This document shows, one piece after another, positions 32,420-33,189 of a stretch of DNA of 33,189 bases (position 1 is the stretch's first letter; each line of letters begins with the position of its first letter). The DNA is from an uncultured Rhabdothermincola sp. (GTDB lineage: Bacteria > Actinomycetota > Acidimicrobiia > Acidimicrobiales > Acidimicrobilacustridaceae). The DNA lies in contig CAYNQN010000006.1 in the NCBI GenBank assembly GCA_964399375.1, positions 1 through 33,189 of the forward strand, written 5' to 3'. A program made the translations under genes and the position numbers. The notes beneath the pieces were generated by a model. The model saw only the letters and a program-made list of their open reading frames with translations, made no database searches and was not told the DNA's origin.

Positions 32420-33189
32420 TCAGGTGAGCTGGACCAGGTCGATCAGGTCCTCGCTGAAGTGGTCGAGCGTCGCGTCGGGCATGAGGAGAACACGATCGGG
32501 CTGGAGCCCGCGAACGAACTCCACGTCGTGGCTCACCACGATCATCGTGCCCGGCCATGCCGCGAGCGCCGTGCCCACCGCCTGGCGCGACGATGGGTCG
32601 AGGTTGTTGGTGGGCTCATCGAGGAGCAGCAGGTTGTGACGACCCGCGACCAGCTGCGCCAGCGCCAGCTTGGTCTTCTCGCCGCCCGAAAAGCTGGCGG
32701 CATCCTGGAAGCCCTTCTCGCCACCCAGCCCGAACATGCCCAGCAGCGCGCGCAGCTCGCCGTCGCCCAGGTCGGACGAGCCCCGCATGTGCTCCAGTCC
32801 GTTGCGCCCGGCCACGATGCCCTCGTGCTCCTGCGCGAAGTAGCCGGCCTGAACCTCATATCCCAGCTCCACCGTGCCCAGATCGACGGCGATGCGCCCG
32901 GCCAGGGCCTGCAACAGGGTGGTCTTGCCGGCTCCGTTGAAGCCCATCACCAGCATCCGCTCGCCGCGACCCACGTCGAAGCTCACGTCCTCGAACACGT
33001 CGAGGGCTCCATAGGACTTCCAGAGGCCCTCGGCCGTCAGGACCGTGCGGCCCGACGGCGGGGGTGCTGGGAGCCTCAGGGAGAGGCTCCGGCGATGGGT
33101 GGGGGCCTCCACCTTCTCGGCCGCCATGCGCCGAACCCGGTTGTCGAGGTTCTTGGCCACCCTCGCCCGCTTGGCGGTCTGGCCCCTCA
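32420..33189 (-). CDS. ABC-F family ATPase, C-terminal half; the 5' end lies beyond the window
   Basis: The frame of ORF 32420..33160(-) stays open to the window edge (...RGQTAKARVAKNLDNRVRRM, which is linker-like). The second NBD has Walker A GFNGAGKTT, signature FSGGEKTKLALA and Walker B LLLLDEPTNNLD. There are no TM segments. Confidence 0.85.
   Translation of the reverse strand, partial: RGQTAKRARVAKNLDNRVRRMAAEKVEAPTHRRSLSLRLPAPPPSGRTVLTAEGLWKSYGALDVFEDVSFDVGRGERMLVMGFNGAGKTTLLQALAGRIAVDLGTVELGYEVQAGYFAQEHEGIVAGRNGLEHMRGSSDLGDGELRALLGMFGLGGEKGFQDAASFSGGEKTKLALAQLVAGRHNLLLLDEPTNNLDPSSRQAVGTALAAWPGTMIVVSHDVEFVRGLQPDRVLLMPDATLDHFSEDLIDLVQLT

Overview
This is a very GC-rich window (about two-thirds or more G+C by eye, not computed) of actinobacterial-type chromosome. 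Genes are densely packed, and many junctions are 4-nt start/stop overlaps (ATGA or GTGA). I found no integrase, transposase, CRISPR array or rRNA, and no obvious compositional island.

Gene order, left to right:
- clpX (partial), clpP and tig on the minus strand.
- A beta-phosphoglucomutase-like HAD hydrolase coupled to a GH65 disaccharide phosphorylase.
- A DUF308/HdeD-like membrane protein and an acyl-CoA synthetase.
- tRNA-Pro, a group III truncated haemoglobin, and tRNA-Gly.
- A cobalamin riboswitch leading a four-gene operon: a surface-tethered DUF4430-like protein, EcfT, a fused EcfA-A' ATPase and an S component.
- A small stress-type neighbourhood: an orphan 200-aa protein, a coiled-coil protein, a PNPOx-fold protein and a tandem USP.
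- An F420-type LLM oxidoreductase and an AGPS-like FAD oxidase.
- A tRNA-Arg/His/Lys cluster and an MMPL transporter.
- A ParA/MinD-like ATPase with a small partner protein.
- An alpha/beta hydrolase, a membrane-anchored MurF-like ligase and a Ddl-like ATP-grasp ligase.
- The large helicase Lhr, a VOC protein and a partial ABC-F ATPase.

The candidates most worth following up are:
1. The riboswitch-controlled ECF module, whose first gene looks like an extracytoplasmic transcobalamin-beta-domain-like B12 catcher.
2. The hydrolase / polytopic-membrane MurF-like ligase / Ddl-like trio.
3. The orphan ParA-like ATPase and its partner.
4. A perfect 16-bp palindrome whose core 9-mer recurs in front of the haemoglobin gene.

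All functional calls come from reading the translations and recognising motifs. No database search was run.
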